Shown: positions 10,479 through 20,560 of the stretch, one piece after another
How the letters are laid out: every line of letters begins with the position of its first letter
Numbering within the stretch: position 1 is the first letter of the stretch
Source: Sedimentisphaerales bacterium
GTDB taxonomy: Bacteria; Planctomycetota; Phycisphaerae; Sedimentisphaerales; Anaerobacaceae
Reading direction: 5' to 3'
NCBI GenBank assembly: GCA_963708075.1
Contig: OY970194.1
Location: 2,464,001-2,528,000, forward strand
DNA: 64,000 nt
Made by a program: the position numbers and the translations under genes
Notes under the pieces: generated by a model
Database searches by the model: none
What the model was told of the DNA's origin: nothing
The model's input: the letters and a program-made list of their open reading frames with translations, nothing else

Positions 10479-10510
10479 AAATCGTAAATCTCAAATCGTA
10501 AATCATAAAT
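10479..10510. repeat. Heptamer tandem repeat (AAATCNT)x4.5 between pdxJ and dapA
   Basis: AAATCGT AAATCTC AAATCGT AAATCAT AAAT, preceded by inverted GATT/GATTT units. Confidence 0.8.
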
Positions 10511-10523
10511 GAGGAGAAGCCGG

Positions 10524-11396
10524 ATGTTCACAGGGGCCATGGTGGCACTGATCACGCCGTTTCACGATGGCGAGGTCGACTTCAAAACACTTGACGAGCT
10601 GGTCGAATTCCAACTGGAGAACAGCATCGATGCGATCGTGCCCGTAGGCACGACGGGCGAGTGCCCGACCCTCAGCCACGAGGAACACAAGCAGGTGGTC
10701 GAGCGGGTCGTCAAGAGCGTCGGCGGGGCTACGCCGGTGATTGCCGGGGCAGGCTCCAACAGCACCGCCGAAGCCATTGAGCTGGCCGCCTACGCAAAGA
10801 AGGTCGGTGCCGATGCCACGTTGCAGGTGTGCCCCTACTACAACAAGCCCACGCAGGAGGGGTTTTACCAGCACTTCAAGGCGGTTGCCGATGAGGTCGA
10901 TCTGCCGATGGTGCTGTACAATATCCCCGGCCGATGCGGGGCCGGCCTGACGCCCGAGACGGTGGCCAGACTCGCCGAGCACGACAACATCGTCGGCATT
11001 AAGGAGGCGACAGGCAGCCTCGACCAGGCCAGCGAAATCGCGATGCGCTGCGACATCACGATCATCTCCGGCGATGACTCGCTCACTCTGCCTCTGGCCT
11101 CCGTTGGCGGCAAAGGCGTCATCAGCGTCGTGGCGAACATCGTTCCCGCCGACGTCAAGGCGATGACCGACCTGATCCTTGAAGGCGATCTGATCAAAGC
11201 CCGGCAATGGCACCGTAAGCTCTTTGTCCTGAGTAAGAACATGCTCACGCTGGCGACCAACCCGATCCCGATCAAGGCCGCCATGGCAATGCTGGAGATG
11301 TGCTCAGAAGAGTTGCGTCTGCCCATGACCCCCCTGGAAGACAGCAAAAAGACCGCCCTGCGCAAGACCCTCCACGAATACGGTCTGCTGAACTGA
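10524..11396 (+). CDS. dapA: 4-hydroxy-tetrahydrodipicolinate synthase
   Basis: GTTGE, PYYNKPTQEG, LYNIPGR, GIKEATG, SGDD, NPIPIK. Confidence 0.96.
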   Translation: MFTGAMVALITPFHDGEVDFKTLDELVEFQLENSIDAIVPVGTTGECPTLSHEEHKQVVERVVKSVGGATPVIAGAGSNSTAEAIELAAYAKKVGADATLQVCPYYNKPTQEGFYQHFKAVADEVDLPMVLYNIPGRCGAGLTPETVARLAEHDNIVGIKEATGSLDQASEIAMRCDITIISGDDSLTLPLASVGGKGVISVVANIVPADVKAMTDLILEGDLIKARQWHRKLFVLSKNMLTLATNPIPIKAAMAMLEMCSEELRLPMTPLEDSKKTALRKTLHEYGLLN

Positions 11397-11539
11397 TCAT
11401 CGAGCCGGGCTTAACAGCCTACGGTGATGCGCGTTCCTGCTTCTCCTGTGGGAGTTGCTGTTTCCAGTTGTCGCCGTACTGCCATGCGTTGCGCGGCCGG
11501 AGTTCGTTTCGCCGGGTCCACGGCCGGTCCGGCTTCTGC

Positions 11540-12076
11540 TCATTCGGCCGACGACGTCCTTTGTGTCCGGTCGCACAAATCCGCGAACTGTTTCCGTGCC
11601 GCATCGAGACTACCGAGGCTGCAGTTGCCTGAGTTGCGCCATCGCCCGTCCTCGAGTTCAAACGAACGGTAGTCGAAGATGCTCTTCCACGCATGCGGCA
11701 CCTTCGCGATGACACAGGCGTGAGTACCACGAAACACGCGGACTTCCAGAATCTTGCTGTTGAGCAGTTCATCCCGGAACGCCTTGGAGACCTCCCGCTT
11801 GCCCTGGTTGGTTGGCGTGCCTTCTGCAAAACGTCGGACGCTGAGACGACGCCAGGAATCCTGATCGCCGGTCGCATTGAGCCGATTGATCGCCGCATAC
11901 ATGGCCTCGGGAGTCGACGGGTTTTCCTCTACTGGGAAGTCAGCGACCGTCCGGTTGACCTCGTAGGAGGTCACAGCATCCCTGGACCCATTCTCCTCGC
12001 GAGGCATCAGCGAGATTCCATAGGCAACCGCCCCCACAACACAGCCCACAGCCACGACCCCAGTGATTGCCTTCAT
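11540..12076 (-). CDS. Hypothetical exported or membrane-anchored protein
   Basis: RBS GGAGGAGG before MKAITGVVAVGCVVGAVAYGISL; STPEA motif shared with the C-terminus of the upstream ECF. Confidence 0.65.
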   Translation of the reverse strand: MKAITGVVAVGCVVGAVAYGISLMPREENGSRDAVTSYEVNRTVADFPVEENPSTPEAMYAAINRLNATGDQDSWRRLSVRRFAEGTPTNQGKREVSKAFRDELLNSKILEVRVFRGTHACVIAKVPHAWKSIFDYRSFELEDGRWRNSGNCSLGSLDAARKQFADLCDRTQRTSSAE

Positions 12077-12093
12077 GTTTGGCCTCCTCCCGT

Positions 12094-13500
12094 CTAAAGG
12101 CCGTCGATGAGCCAGGAGTCGCCGGATCGGCGCAGGCTGGCGTCGAGGTTGTAGGTATCGCCGGCGTGGAAGGTTTGGCCGCCTGCCGTCACCGTCACGT
12201 CCTTCTTGAAAGTAACCTGCCACGTCACCCCCATGGCGTCCCCTTCCTCTGTGGTCTCGATGATGGGCATCTCCGCATCCGGGTCGAGCGATTGAAGCCA
12301 CAACTTCATCTCATACTCGCTTCGCTGTTTGGGGTCGGCAGGATCGGCGTTCAGGATTTCCTGCATGTCCCCGAAATCCGTGCCGCCGGGCAAGAAGCAG
12401 GCCATGACGGACTCCGCATTCCCGGAGGCAATTGCTTTGGTGAAGCTGCGTACCGTCGCCTCGGGCGTGCTCAGGTCCAGACGGAAGCTGTCTTCTTTCT
12501 TGTCTGCCTCGTTCCCGCGTGGCGTCAGAGGTTGAGGATCCGCGGCCGGTGCAGCGGTCGTTGGCTGAGGCAACAGCATTTCGACGGAGTCCGACCTTCC
12601 TGTTGTCGATTGGTCCGGCGCAGGTGACTCGGCATCCCGCACCTTCGGCTGATCCGGTTGTGCCATTGTCCGGCCGGCGGTCTGCCGATTCTCCCGGCTG
12701 GTTGCTGGAGGCGAGGGCGGGGCTTGGGAAGGCCCGGAGGAGAAAGTCGTGTAAGTGATCAGCCCCGCGCCGGTCACAACGGCAGCGACGATAATGATGA
12801 CCTTGGTCTTGGCCGCAGCAACCAAGCCATAACCGAGCGAGGATGACACCGATGCAGCCGTCGCGGCTTTCGTCCCCATCAGGGCCATTTTGCCAAGCTG
12901 TTGGAGCACCGCGGCGGGAGCACTCTGGGCCGTGCTCTGCACCAGAAGCGTGGACAGAGCCCCTGCAGCGACCAGGACTCCCTGTCTCTGCAACTGCGCC
13001 CGCAGCCTTGCCAGTCCCGATTCCATTGCCCGCGAGATCGTCGGGCGAGAGACGCCCCGCTGCCGCGCGATCTCCGCCATGGGGAGCCCCTCCAGGTAAT
13101 GCCGCACGAGCAGGTCCCGGGTGTCGTCATCGAGGTGCGTCAGGGCTTCGTCCACACACGGGGACACCTCGCGCCAAGTCTGATCGTCGTTAGCCTTGTC
13201 ATCCAGGTACACCCGTTCCCGCTGCCGGCGGGCGGAATCGCTGCGAATCAGATCCACGGCCTTGCCCGTGGCGACACGATGCAGCCAGCCGGCAAGGGAG
13301 CCGCGGACCTCCCCGGCCCGTTTCATCAACTGGAAAAACGTCTCCTGCGTCGCATCGGCAGCCCTGTCCGTATCCGCCAGGATCCGCAGGCACGTACTGT
13401 AGACCAGCCCGGCGTACTGGCGAACGATCTGCGCAAACGCCTCGGTATCCCCGGTGCCGACAAACCGCTGCAACAAGGCACTCTCATTCTCAACCATCAT
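12094..13500 (-). CDS. ECF sigma factor with C-terminal TM helix and extracytoplasmic extension
   Basis: Region 2 AADATQETF...GWLHRVA; region 4 EIARQRGVSRPTISR; TM VIIIVAAVVTGAGLITY; Pro-rich linker; C-terminal domain. Confidence 0.9.
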   Translation of the reverse strand: MMVENESALLQRFVGTGDTEAFAQIVRQYAGLVYSTCLRILADTDRAADATQETFFQLMKRAGEVRGSLAGWLHRVATGKAVDLIRSDSARRQRERVYLDDKANDDQTWREVSPCVDEALTHLDDDTRDLLVRHYLEGLPMAEIARQRGVSRPTISRAMESGLARLRAQLQRQGVLVAAGALSTLLVQSTAQSAPAAVLQQLGKMALMGTKAATAASVSSSLGYGLVAAAKTKVIIIVAAVVTGAGLITYTTFSSGPSQAPPSPPATSRENRQTAGRTMAQPDQPKVRDAESPAPDQSTTGRSDSVEMLLPQPTTAAPAADPQPLTPRGNEADKKEDSFRLDLSTPEATVRSFTKAIASGNAESVMACFLPGGTDFGDMQEILNADPADPKQRSEYEMKLWLQSLDPDAEMPIIETTEEGDAMGVTWQVTFKKDVTVTAGGQTFHAGDTYNLDASLRRSGDSWLIDGL

Positions 13501-13579
13501 CGTTCTCCTGAACATAGGCTCCGTAATGGCATCACTACTGTATGTTAGTCGGAGCCGAGGCGCAAACCGTTCAAGAGAA

Positions 13580-14911
13580 TCATTGCATCTGATGCGGATC
13601 GCTACGCCTGGCGGGCTGCCAAGGGTCCCACCCCGCCGGCTGTTCGGGCTGGGAGATATCGAGGGTCTGCACGTTGGGCAGTTTCTCCTTCAGGCGTGCG
13701 ACGGCCTGCCGGCTGATCGAAACGCTCGACTGGATCTGAATCGAATCGAGCTTCTTGCACGAGGCCAGATAGGACAATCCCTGCTCGGTAATCTGGCTAT
13801 GGTAGACCTCAAGGGCGCGAAGCTTGGGCATAGTGGATAGAGGTTTCAGGCCATTGCTGGTCAGATCGGATCCGCCCTTGATGGCCAAAACCTCCAGATG
13901 CGTCAAGGAGGCCAGGGCCGTCATGCCTGCGTCGCCGCTCGAAGCATCGCCGACCCCAAGCGCCGTGAGCTTAGGCATGGCCTTGAGGTACGTGATGCTG
14001 CGATCCGTGATCTGATCCAGCCAGGGGACGCACAGACGCTCCAGGGACCCGATCCGGGACAAATGGCGCAGCCCCTCCTCGGTAGCGTGTGGCGTCTCCA
14101 GCCACATCGCTTTGAGCGAAGGCGCCGCAGCCAGATTAGCCAGCCCCCGATCGGTGAACGGGCCGGACAGACGCAGATGACGCAGCTTCGGCAGCGTGGC
14201 AAGGACCTTAAGCCCGTCATCTGTCATCATCATGGTGCCCTCCAGATGCAGGACCTCCAGGTTGCGGAGCTTGGCGATGGAGGCCAATCCGGCGTCCGTC
14301 AGCAGATCGCCGACGATCTCCATCTCGCTGACCGTCTGCAAGGTGGCGATCCCCGCCATCTCGGCATCGGTCAGCCGATAGGGCGTGCAGATGTGCTCCA
14401 ACCCGGGCAGCGACTGGAGCATCGACCAGCCCTTGCCGCTGAAGCGTGCCGTGACCGGGCAGAAATGCGTCAGTCCCGTCAGCCGGGCCACGTGTGGCAG
14501 GACTGCGTCATCCACCTGGGTCGGCTCGAGGAAGTCCAGGTCCTGCACATCGGCCGGACCCAGTGACTTGAGGCAATCGATGCACTGATATTGGGTCACG
14601 CCCCTGCCCCCCAGATGCAGAACTACGCATTTGCCGGCCGGAATACGCACCTCGCCCCGGGCCGGACCCAGATGCTGCGTCGGCACAAACACGTAGCCGG
14701 GGTGGAATTCCCTGGAGATCTCCGGGACTACGTAACTCGCATCGATCAGGGCAATCTCGCCGATGGCCTGAAATGACGGAAAGTGCAGCACCCGCTCAGC
14801 CAGGCCCGCGCCACCGCTGAAACCCCCGGCCGCCCCAGACTGCCCATCTGCCATTGCCGCCTGCGACAATGTCGCAAGCACGATCACCGATAGTTGGATT
14901 CGACGACTCAT
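13580..14911 (-). CDS. Secreted leucine-rich repeat protein
   Basis: Signal peptide MSRRIQLSVIVLATLSQAAMA; repeated TDxGLxxLxxLxxLxxL units. Confidence 0.85.
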   Translation of the reverse strand: MSRRIQLSVIVLATLSQAAMADGQSGAAGGFSGGAGLAERVLHFPSFQAIGEIALIDASYVVPEISREFHPGYVFVPTQHLGPARGEVRIPAGKCVVLHLGGRGVTQYQCIDCLKSLGPADVQDLDFLEPTQVDDAVLPHVARLTGLTHFCPVTARFSGKGWSMLQSLPGLEHICTPYRLTDAEMAGIATLQTVSEMEIVGDLLTDAGLASIAKLRNLEVLHLEGTMMMTDDGLKVLATLPKLRHLRLSGPFTDRGLANLAAAPSLKAMWLETPHATEEGLRHLSRIGSLERLCVPWLDQITDRSITYLKAMPKLTALGVGDASSGDAGMTALASLTHLEVLAIKGGSDLTSNGLKPLSTMPKLRALEVYHSQITEQGLSYLASCKKLDSIQIQSSVSISRQAVARLKEKLPNVQTLDISQPEQPAGWDPWQPARRSDPHQMQ

Positions 14912-15119
14912 CTGAGGCTCCGTGCATTTTCCGACTTCATGGAGCGTGCCCGGCAGACACATCGTCTGCCCATCAGGTGTCTCCAGCGTCGGCGCCCACT
15001 TGGCGTGTGTGCGCCAACACTTATCCATGTTGACGCTGCCGAAGTCAAGACGTTACACAGTTTTTCGGGCAGACCCGTGCTCGCTATAGTACTCCGGCTA
15101 CTCGAATCTGGTGAATGCC

Positions 15120-15137
15120 GGGTGGCAACGGCAAGCG
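15120..15137. repeat. Truncated copy of the GGGTGGCAGCG REP family
   Basis: GGGTGGCAACGGCAAGCG is 17/18 identical to the start of the copy at 22006. Confidence 0.55.
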
Positions 15138-15345
15138 GAGTCTTGCCCACTCGTCTGCTCTGCAACTGGAACGAGAGTTCCCGCAGGTTTGCCAGACCCG
15201 AGAGATCGAGGCCGGAGTTGTCTTGAATCACGTCGTCCAGGTTCAACGTCCGCAGGTTTGTCAGCTTGTTGAATGAGTTCACGCCGCTGATGGTCAGCCG
15301 GCAGTGGTTTATGCTCAGAATCTCCAGGGAGCGAAGGCCGGCCAA
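15138..15345 (-). pseudogene. Leucine-rich repeat gene fragment
   Basis: LAGLRSLEILSI...NKLTNLRTLNL...LSGLANLRELSF with no N-terminus; similarity ends at the REP fragment. Confidence 0.6.
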
Positions 15346-15482
15346 CGTTCTGCCGCCGACGGACTGGAACGCAACCTGTGCAAACGGCTGCTGCCGAACG
15401 TGCGATGGAATTCGGTCACCGAGAAGCTCCCTTGCGTGTCACGTGTCTGACCACAGCCGCGGAATCAACCCGACCTCCCCCC

Positions 15483-16701
15483 TCACTGCTCGTTGGGATC
15501 CGTGTCGTTCGAATCGTTCGGGTCGCCGGGCAGGGTCGTGGTCCGCGTGGGACCAGCCGCCATAAAGTACATGCCGCCGCCCATCGATGGTCCGGGGTCT
15601 GCCGGTGGCTGGTCCTCCTGTGAGGTGGAAGCAACCGCCATGGCGACGCCGCCCATTCCGCCGAAACCACCAGCCGGAGGGGTGGCCGTATCCGCAGCAG
15701 GCGGAGCGTCCATTGTCTGCTGAGGCACGGGCTGCTGCGGCCGGCTCTCCTGCGGACCGGCGCGGCCGCCACCCATCAGTTCGGCCCATTTCCGGGCCGC
15801 ATCGGAGGAACCGGCTGGTGGAACCGAGGTGGCCTGGGGCAACGAGAACCGGCGCTGAGACGATGGCGCGTGTCTGCGCTTTCGACGTAGCTGACCTCGT
15901 AACGACCGTACTCTGGGGGGAAGGGGACCGCGTGGCATGCTGGTAAGTTGCGACGGTACCTGCGCCGATCACCGCCACGGCGGCCACAGCCACGACCTTG
16001 GCCTTTACGCCAGCCAGCACGCCGCCGGCAACCGTCTGCATCGCCGAAGCACCCGCCGCTCCGACGGCCGCGTGCCCGCCCACCATGGCCATCTTGCCCA
16101 GTTCCGTCATCAACGCCGACGGGGCGGCTTGAACTGCGTTCTTGCCCAGCAACGTGCTTAAGATCCCGGCGGCGACGAGGACACCGCGTTTGCGAAGAAT
16201 GGCACGCAGTTGGGTGACGCCGGCATCGACACGGCGGGAGACAGTCGCCTGGGAAACGCCGCGGCTCAGAGCGACCTGCCGGGTCGTCTGGCCCTGCAGG
16301 AAATGGGCAATGAGCATCTCCCGGGTTTCGCTGTCGAGTCTGTTCAGTTCCTCATCGACGTGGTGGGACAGGTCTTTCCAATCGGTCACCTCATGGGGCT
16401 TGCCGGCCATGTATTCGGCCTCCCGGCGCCGGCGTGAAGCGTCCCGGCGCATCTGATCGATGGCCTTGTGTGTCGCCACCCGATGCAGCCAGCCGGGGAG
16501 CGATCCGGTCACGTTGTGAGCGTCCTTCGTGAGTTGCAGGAAGGTCTCCTGGGCCACATCCGACGCCCTGTCCACATCCGCAAGGATCCTCAGGGCCGCG
16601 CCGTAAACGAGTCCCGCATGGCGCCGGATAATCTCCGCGAATGCTCCGGCATCCCCAGTTCTGGTGAAACGGTTCAGTAAGACTGTCTCTGTTTCCACCA
16701 T
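15483..16701 (-). CDS. ECF sigma factor with C-terminal TM and low-complexity extension; apparent frameshift near 15838
   Basis: DVAQETFLQL...GWLHRVA and GVSQATVSRR motifs; TM VVAVAAVAVIGAG; Pro/Gly-rich tail continues in ORF 15483-15938 if one base is added to the GGGG run at 15836-15839. Confidence 0.85.
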
Positions 16702-16852
16702 GGTCGTCTCTCCTAACCAGCCCTTTCGATCACACCAACTGTGAATAAGGCGTTGGCAAACATCGAATTATTCATAAAAGTGCGTCAGATGGGCCTCGCG
16801 GCGCACGTGGATCCCGTCGGACCTGTCGCGTCCGCGGCTCAATCTTCACGCT

Positions 16853-17989
16853 TCATTGATCCTTGGGGAGCTCTTGTGCCTCTATGTAAGTCCTCAAGGT
16901 GGCCGAAACCATCTGGCTGACGGAATAGTAAGTCCTGACATGCTCCTGTGCCGTCATTGCCAGTTGGCGTGCAAAGTCATGGTGGTCAAGCAGTTGCGTC
17001 AAGGCCTGGCGAATGCTCTGCTCGTCGTTTCGCTCGAAGACTACAGCCGTCTGGTCAGGGACGATCAGGTCATCGACGCCGCCCCTGCAGGCCGCCACCG
17101 CCGTGCCCAGGCTCATGGCCTCCAGGAGAAACATGTTGAATGCCCGCAGCGGCTGTGGCTGCACGAAGATGTCTCCCGCTGCCAGGACGGACCGCCAAGG
17201 GTCCAGGACCGGGACGAGGGTGACGGCCTGGACGATGCCCAGCCGATCCAACAGCCGGCGCAGCCCGTGCTCTGCCGGCCCGCTGCCCATCAGAATCACC
17301 ATGAACTCATAGCCGTCCGCCAGCAAACCTTTGACGACCCGGAAGAAACTCTCGAAATCCGAGGCCCGGCGAAGCGGCTGAGCCAGGACGATACTCGGCA
17401 TCCGGGAGGGATCTGAAAAGCAGACACTATCCTCCTCAATGAAGGTTCCCACGTTGATCTGTCGGACTCGCCCGGCAAGCCGGGGATAAGCCTTTGTCAT
17501 GCTGGCGGCGATGGTTTGGGTCGGCGCGATGATCGCCCTGCACCGCTGCGGTGATAGCCGGACTCCAGAGAACCGTTTCGCCAGGGAATTGACCGTCTGC
17601 ACATAGGGCAGATCCAGCCGATGAGCCAACCGATTCACCAGCGATGCCTCGCCCTCGGAGAGACTATGCAGGATTGTGGGCCGGTACTTGGCCAGTTGAG
17701 CGGAGAGACGGTCGATACCGACGTATTTCATCAAAGGCAGATCAACCAGTGGATGCGAGAACACGGTCACCGGCATCGGCACAACTGATTCGAGATCGTA
17801 TCCGGGTGGGCAGATCAATATGGTCCAGATCGATTCATCCACAAGGCCCACCAACAGGTGTCTAAGGAAGGTGGATTGCTCCGCCAGCGTGCTCTCCGAC
17901 ACGATCAGGGCAGGACGAATCGATGTCCGCACGGCCGCTATATCCGTGTCTTCCTGATTCGCCCGGTATTTCACAGAATTGCGGCTCAC
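16853..17989 (-). CDS. Glycosyltransferase, GT4/GT-B family
   Basis: DIFVQP...LLEAMSLGTAVAACRGG...DLI C-terminal GT4 pattern. Confidence 0.8.
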   Translation of the reverse strand: MSRNSVKYRANQEDTDIAAVRTSIRPALIVSESTLAEQSTFLRHLLVGLVDESIWTILICPPGYDLESVVPMPVTVFSHPLVDLPLMKYVGIDRLSAQLAKYRPTILHSLSEGEASLVNRLAHRLDLPYVQTVNSLAKRFSGVRLSPQRCRAIIAPTQTIAASMTKAYPRLAGRVRQINVGTFIEEDSVCFSDPSRMPSIVLAQPLRRASDFESFFRVVKGLLADGYEFMVILMGSGPAEHGLRRLLDRLGIVQAVTLVPVLDPWRSVLAAGDIFVQPQPLRAFNMFLLEAMSLGTAVAACRGGVDDLIVPDQTAVVFERNDEQSIRQALTQLLDHHDFARQLAMTAQEHVRTYYSVSQMVSATLRTYIEAQELPKDQ

Positions 17990-18355
17990 AGAGTGTATCC
18001 AAATGCAAAGGATAACTGGGCTTACACGCCGAAATCCAAGATCATTCTATCAAACTGAAAGCCAGTCAGCCATCCCAAAAGCCCCGAAGCCCAGGGCTTA
18101 CGCATCTAAATTGGAATCGGGCTTCTTGCCCGCGAAAACGCCTATCGGACGCTCACAAGTTCGGTGGCCCGGCCGATCCGTGATCCGAGCTTTCCGCGTT
18201 TCCGCGCCAATAGTCAGCGTCGAACAATTTAGATGCGATAGCCCTGCCCCGAGGCCCTGCGCAAAGCGAGGCGTTAGGGAAATTGACAATATGTCCGTTC
18301 TCCCGTGGCGGCTACATTGGGTTCGAGCTTGTACTGGTTCTGAAGGGGTATTGGG

Positions 18356-20560
18356 GTGGGAAGGTTGATTGTAGTCGCCAATCGTCTGCCGGTCAGCATT
18401 GCCAAGCGCGGAGACGAATTCCATGTCCAGCCGAGTCCAGGCGGGTTGGCGGGCGGGCTCGCCTCGCTGCCGGGTTCGATCGAGCGGCTCTGGATGGGCT
18501 GGCCGGGCATCGACAGTGAACATCTCAAGCCCGAAGACCGGGAGTATATCCGCGGGGAGCTGGCCGGGCAGAACTGCATCCCCGTCTTTCTTTCGCAACG
18601 GCAGATCGACCAGTATTACCTGGGGTTCTGCAATGAGACGATATGGCCTCTGTTCCACTACTTCCCCGGGCGGACGGTCTTTGAGCCAGGGTTCTGGAAA
18701 TCGTATAAGCAGGTCAACCGGATCTTCTGCGATGAGTTACTGAGGGTTGCCCGGCCGGAGGACTCCGTGTGGGTCCATGACTTCCAATTGATGCTTCTGC
18801 CCCGGATGCTGCGGGAGAAGACGCCGGAGCTGGCAGTGGGCTACTTCCTGCACATTCCATGGCCGTCGTTCGAGCTGTTTCGCCTGCTTCCCTGGCGCGA
18901 GGAGATTCTCGACGGCCTCCTGGGGGCCGACCTGGTTGGATTCCACAGCTACGACTACGTACGCCATTTCCTCAGCAGCATTACGCGAATCGCCGGGCTG
19001 GAACAGACTCTGGGAGAAGTAAAGGTGCAGAGCCGTGTCGTGAAGGTCGATGCCTTTCCAATGGGGATTGACTACGACAGATATGCCAATGCCGGCCACG
19101 GTCAACAGATCCTGATGGAGGTCGATGAAATTCGACGCATGGTCGGCAATCGGCGGATCATCCTGTCCATCGACAGGCTGGATTACACGAAAGGCATCGT
19201 CGAGCGGCTGGAGGCGTTCGACCAATTCCTTTCCACGTATCCCGAGTTTCGGGGCACCGTGGTGTTGGTTGTTGTGGCCGTCCCTTCCCGCACGGGCATC
19301 CCGGACTACCAGCAACTCCGGGATCGTCTGGAGCAGCTCGTTGGCCGTATCAATGGGGAATACGGCACCATTGGTTACATGCCCGTCTGGTACCTGTATC
19401 GCAACATGCCGTTTGAGAAGCTCGCGGCCCTCTATAGTGCGGCCGACGTGGCCATGGTCACGCCGCTGCGCGACGGGATGAACCTGATCGCCAAGGAATT
19501 TGTCGCCACGAAGGCCGACGGCCTGGGAGTGTTGATCCTCAGCGAGACGACCGGAGCGGCAAGCGAGTTAGGCGAAGCCCTGATCGTGAATCCTCACGAC
19601 AAGGCGGCTATCGTGGATGCGATCAAGAGCGCGCTGGAAATGCCGCCGGCGGAGCAACAGGGACGAAACCGGACGATGCAGGAGAGACTGCAGCGCTACG
19701 ATATTTCCCGCTGGGGCGAGGACTTTCTGTCGGCGCTGGCGGCAACCAGGGCCAGGCAGCAGGAAATGGCAGTGCACAAGTTGTCCGCGGATATTCAGGA
19801 AACGCTCGGTGCCGAATACGGCCGAAGTACCCGGCGGCTGCTTCTTTTGGACTATGACGGCACGCTCGTGGGCTTTCAGCCCCGGCCGGTCGAGGCAAAG
19901 CCGGACGATGAGATCATGGGACTCCTGGAGCATCTGATCGCCGATGAAGGCAACACGGTCGCCATCATCACAGGGAGGGACAAGAAGACAATCGACCAGT
20001 GGCTGGGGCAACTCCCCGTGATCATCGTGGCCGAGCATGGCGGCTGGATTCGCGAGAAAGACGGCGCTTGGCGCAGTCCGCAGCCACCGAATGAGGGCTG
20101 GAAGCGTTCGATCCGGCCCATCCTGGAGCTGTTCTCAGATCGGACCCCAGGGACATTCGTCGAGGAGAAGGACTTCTCCCTGGTCTGGCATTACCGCCGG
20201 GCCGAGCCGGCCCTGGCCCACGTACGGACGCAGGAGTTGCGCGATACTCTCGTGAACCTGACGGAGACGATGGATGTGGGGGTCTTTGAAGGCAACAAGA
20301 TCCTCGAAATCCGGAGACTGGGAATCAGCAAGGGCCGGGCCGTGGAGCGTCTGATCGCCCAGAATGGGTGGGACTTCCTGCTGGCAGCCGGCGACGACTA
20401 CACCGATGAGGAGATGTTCGCTGTTCTGCCCGCCGACGCCTACTCCATCAAAGTAGGTATAGGCGCCTCCCGGGCCCGCTTCAATGTGGACACTGTCGGC
20501 GACATGCGATCCGTGCTGAAGAGGCTGCTGGAATGTCACGCCATCAGCTCGCCTGCGTGA
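18356..20560 (+). CDS. otsAB: Bifunctional trehalose-6-phosphate synthase/phosphatase (OtsA-OtsB fusion)
   Basis: [40 protein letters not shown], then HAD motifs LDYDGTL and GDDYTDE. Confidence 0.95.
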   Translation: MGRLIVVANRLPVSIAKRGDEFHVQPSPGGLAGGLASLPGSIERLWMGWPGIDSEHLKPEDREYIRGELAGQNCIPVFLSQRQIDQYYLGFCNETIWPLFHYFPGRTVFEPGFWKSYKQVNRIFCDELLRVARPEDSVWVHDFQLMLLPRMLREKTPELAVGYFLHIPWPSFELFRLLPWREEILDGLLGADLVGFHSYDYVRHFLSSITRIAGLEQTLGEVKVQSRVVKVDAFPMGIDYDRYANAGHGQQILMEVDEIRRMVGNRRIILSIDRLDYTKGIVERLEAFDQFLSTYPEFRGTVVLVVVAVPSRTGIPDYQQLRDRLEQLVGRINGEYGTIGYMPVWYLYRNMPFEKLAALYSAADVAMVTPLRDGMNLIAKEFVATKADGLGVLILSETTGAASELGEALIVNPHDKAAIVDAIKSALEMPPAEQQGRNRTMQERLQRYDISRWGEDFLSALAATRARQQEMAVHKLSADIQETLGAEYGRSTRRLLLLDYDGTLVGFQPRPVEAKPDDEIMGLLEHLIADEGNTVAIITGRDKKTIDQWLGQLPVIIVAEHGGWIREKDGAWRSPQPPNEGWKRSIRPILELFSDRTPGTFVEEKDFSLVWHYRRAEPALAHVRTQELRDTLVNLTETMDVGVFEGNKILEIRRLGISKGRAVERLIAQNGWDFLLAAGDDYTDEEMFAVLPADAYSIKVGIGASRARFNVDTVGDMRSVLKRLLECHAISSPA

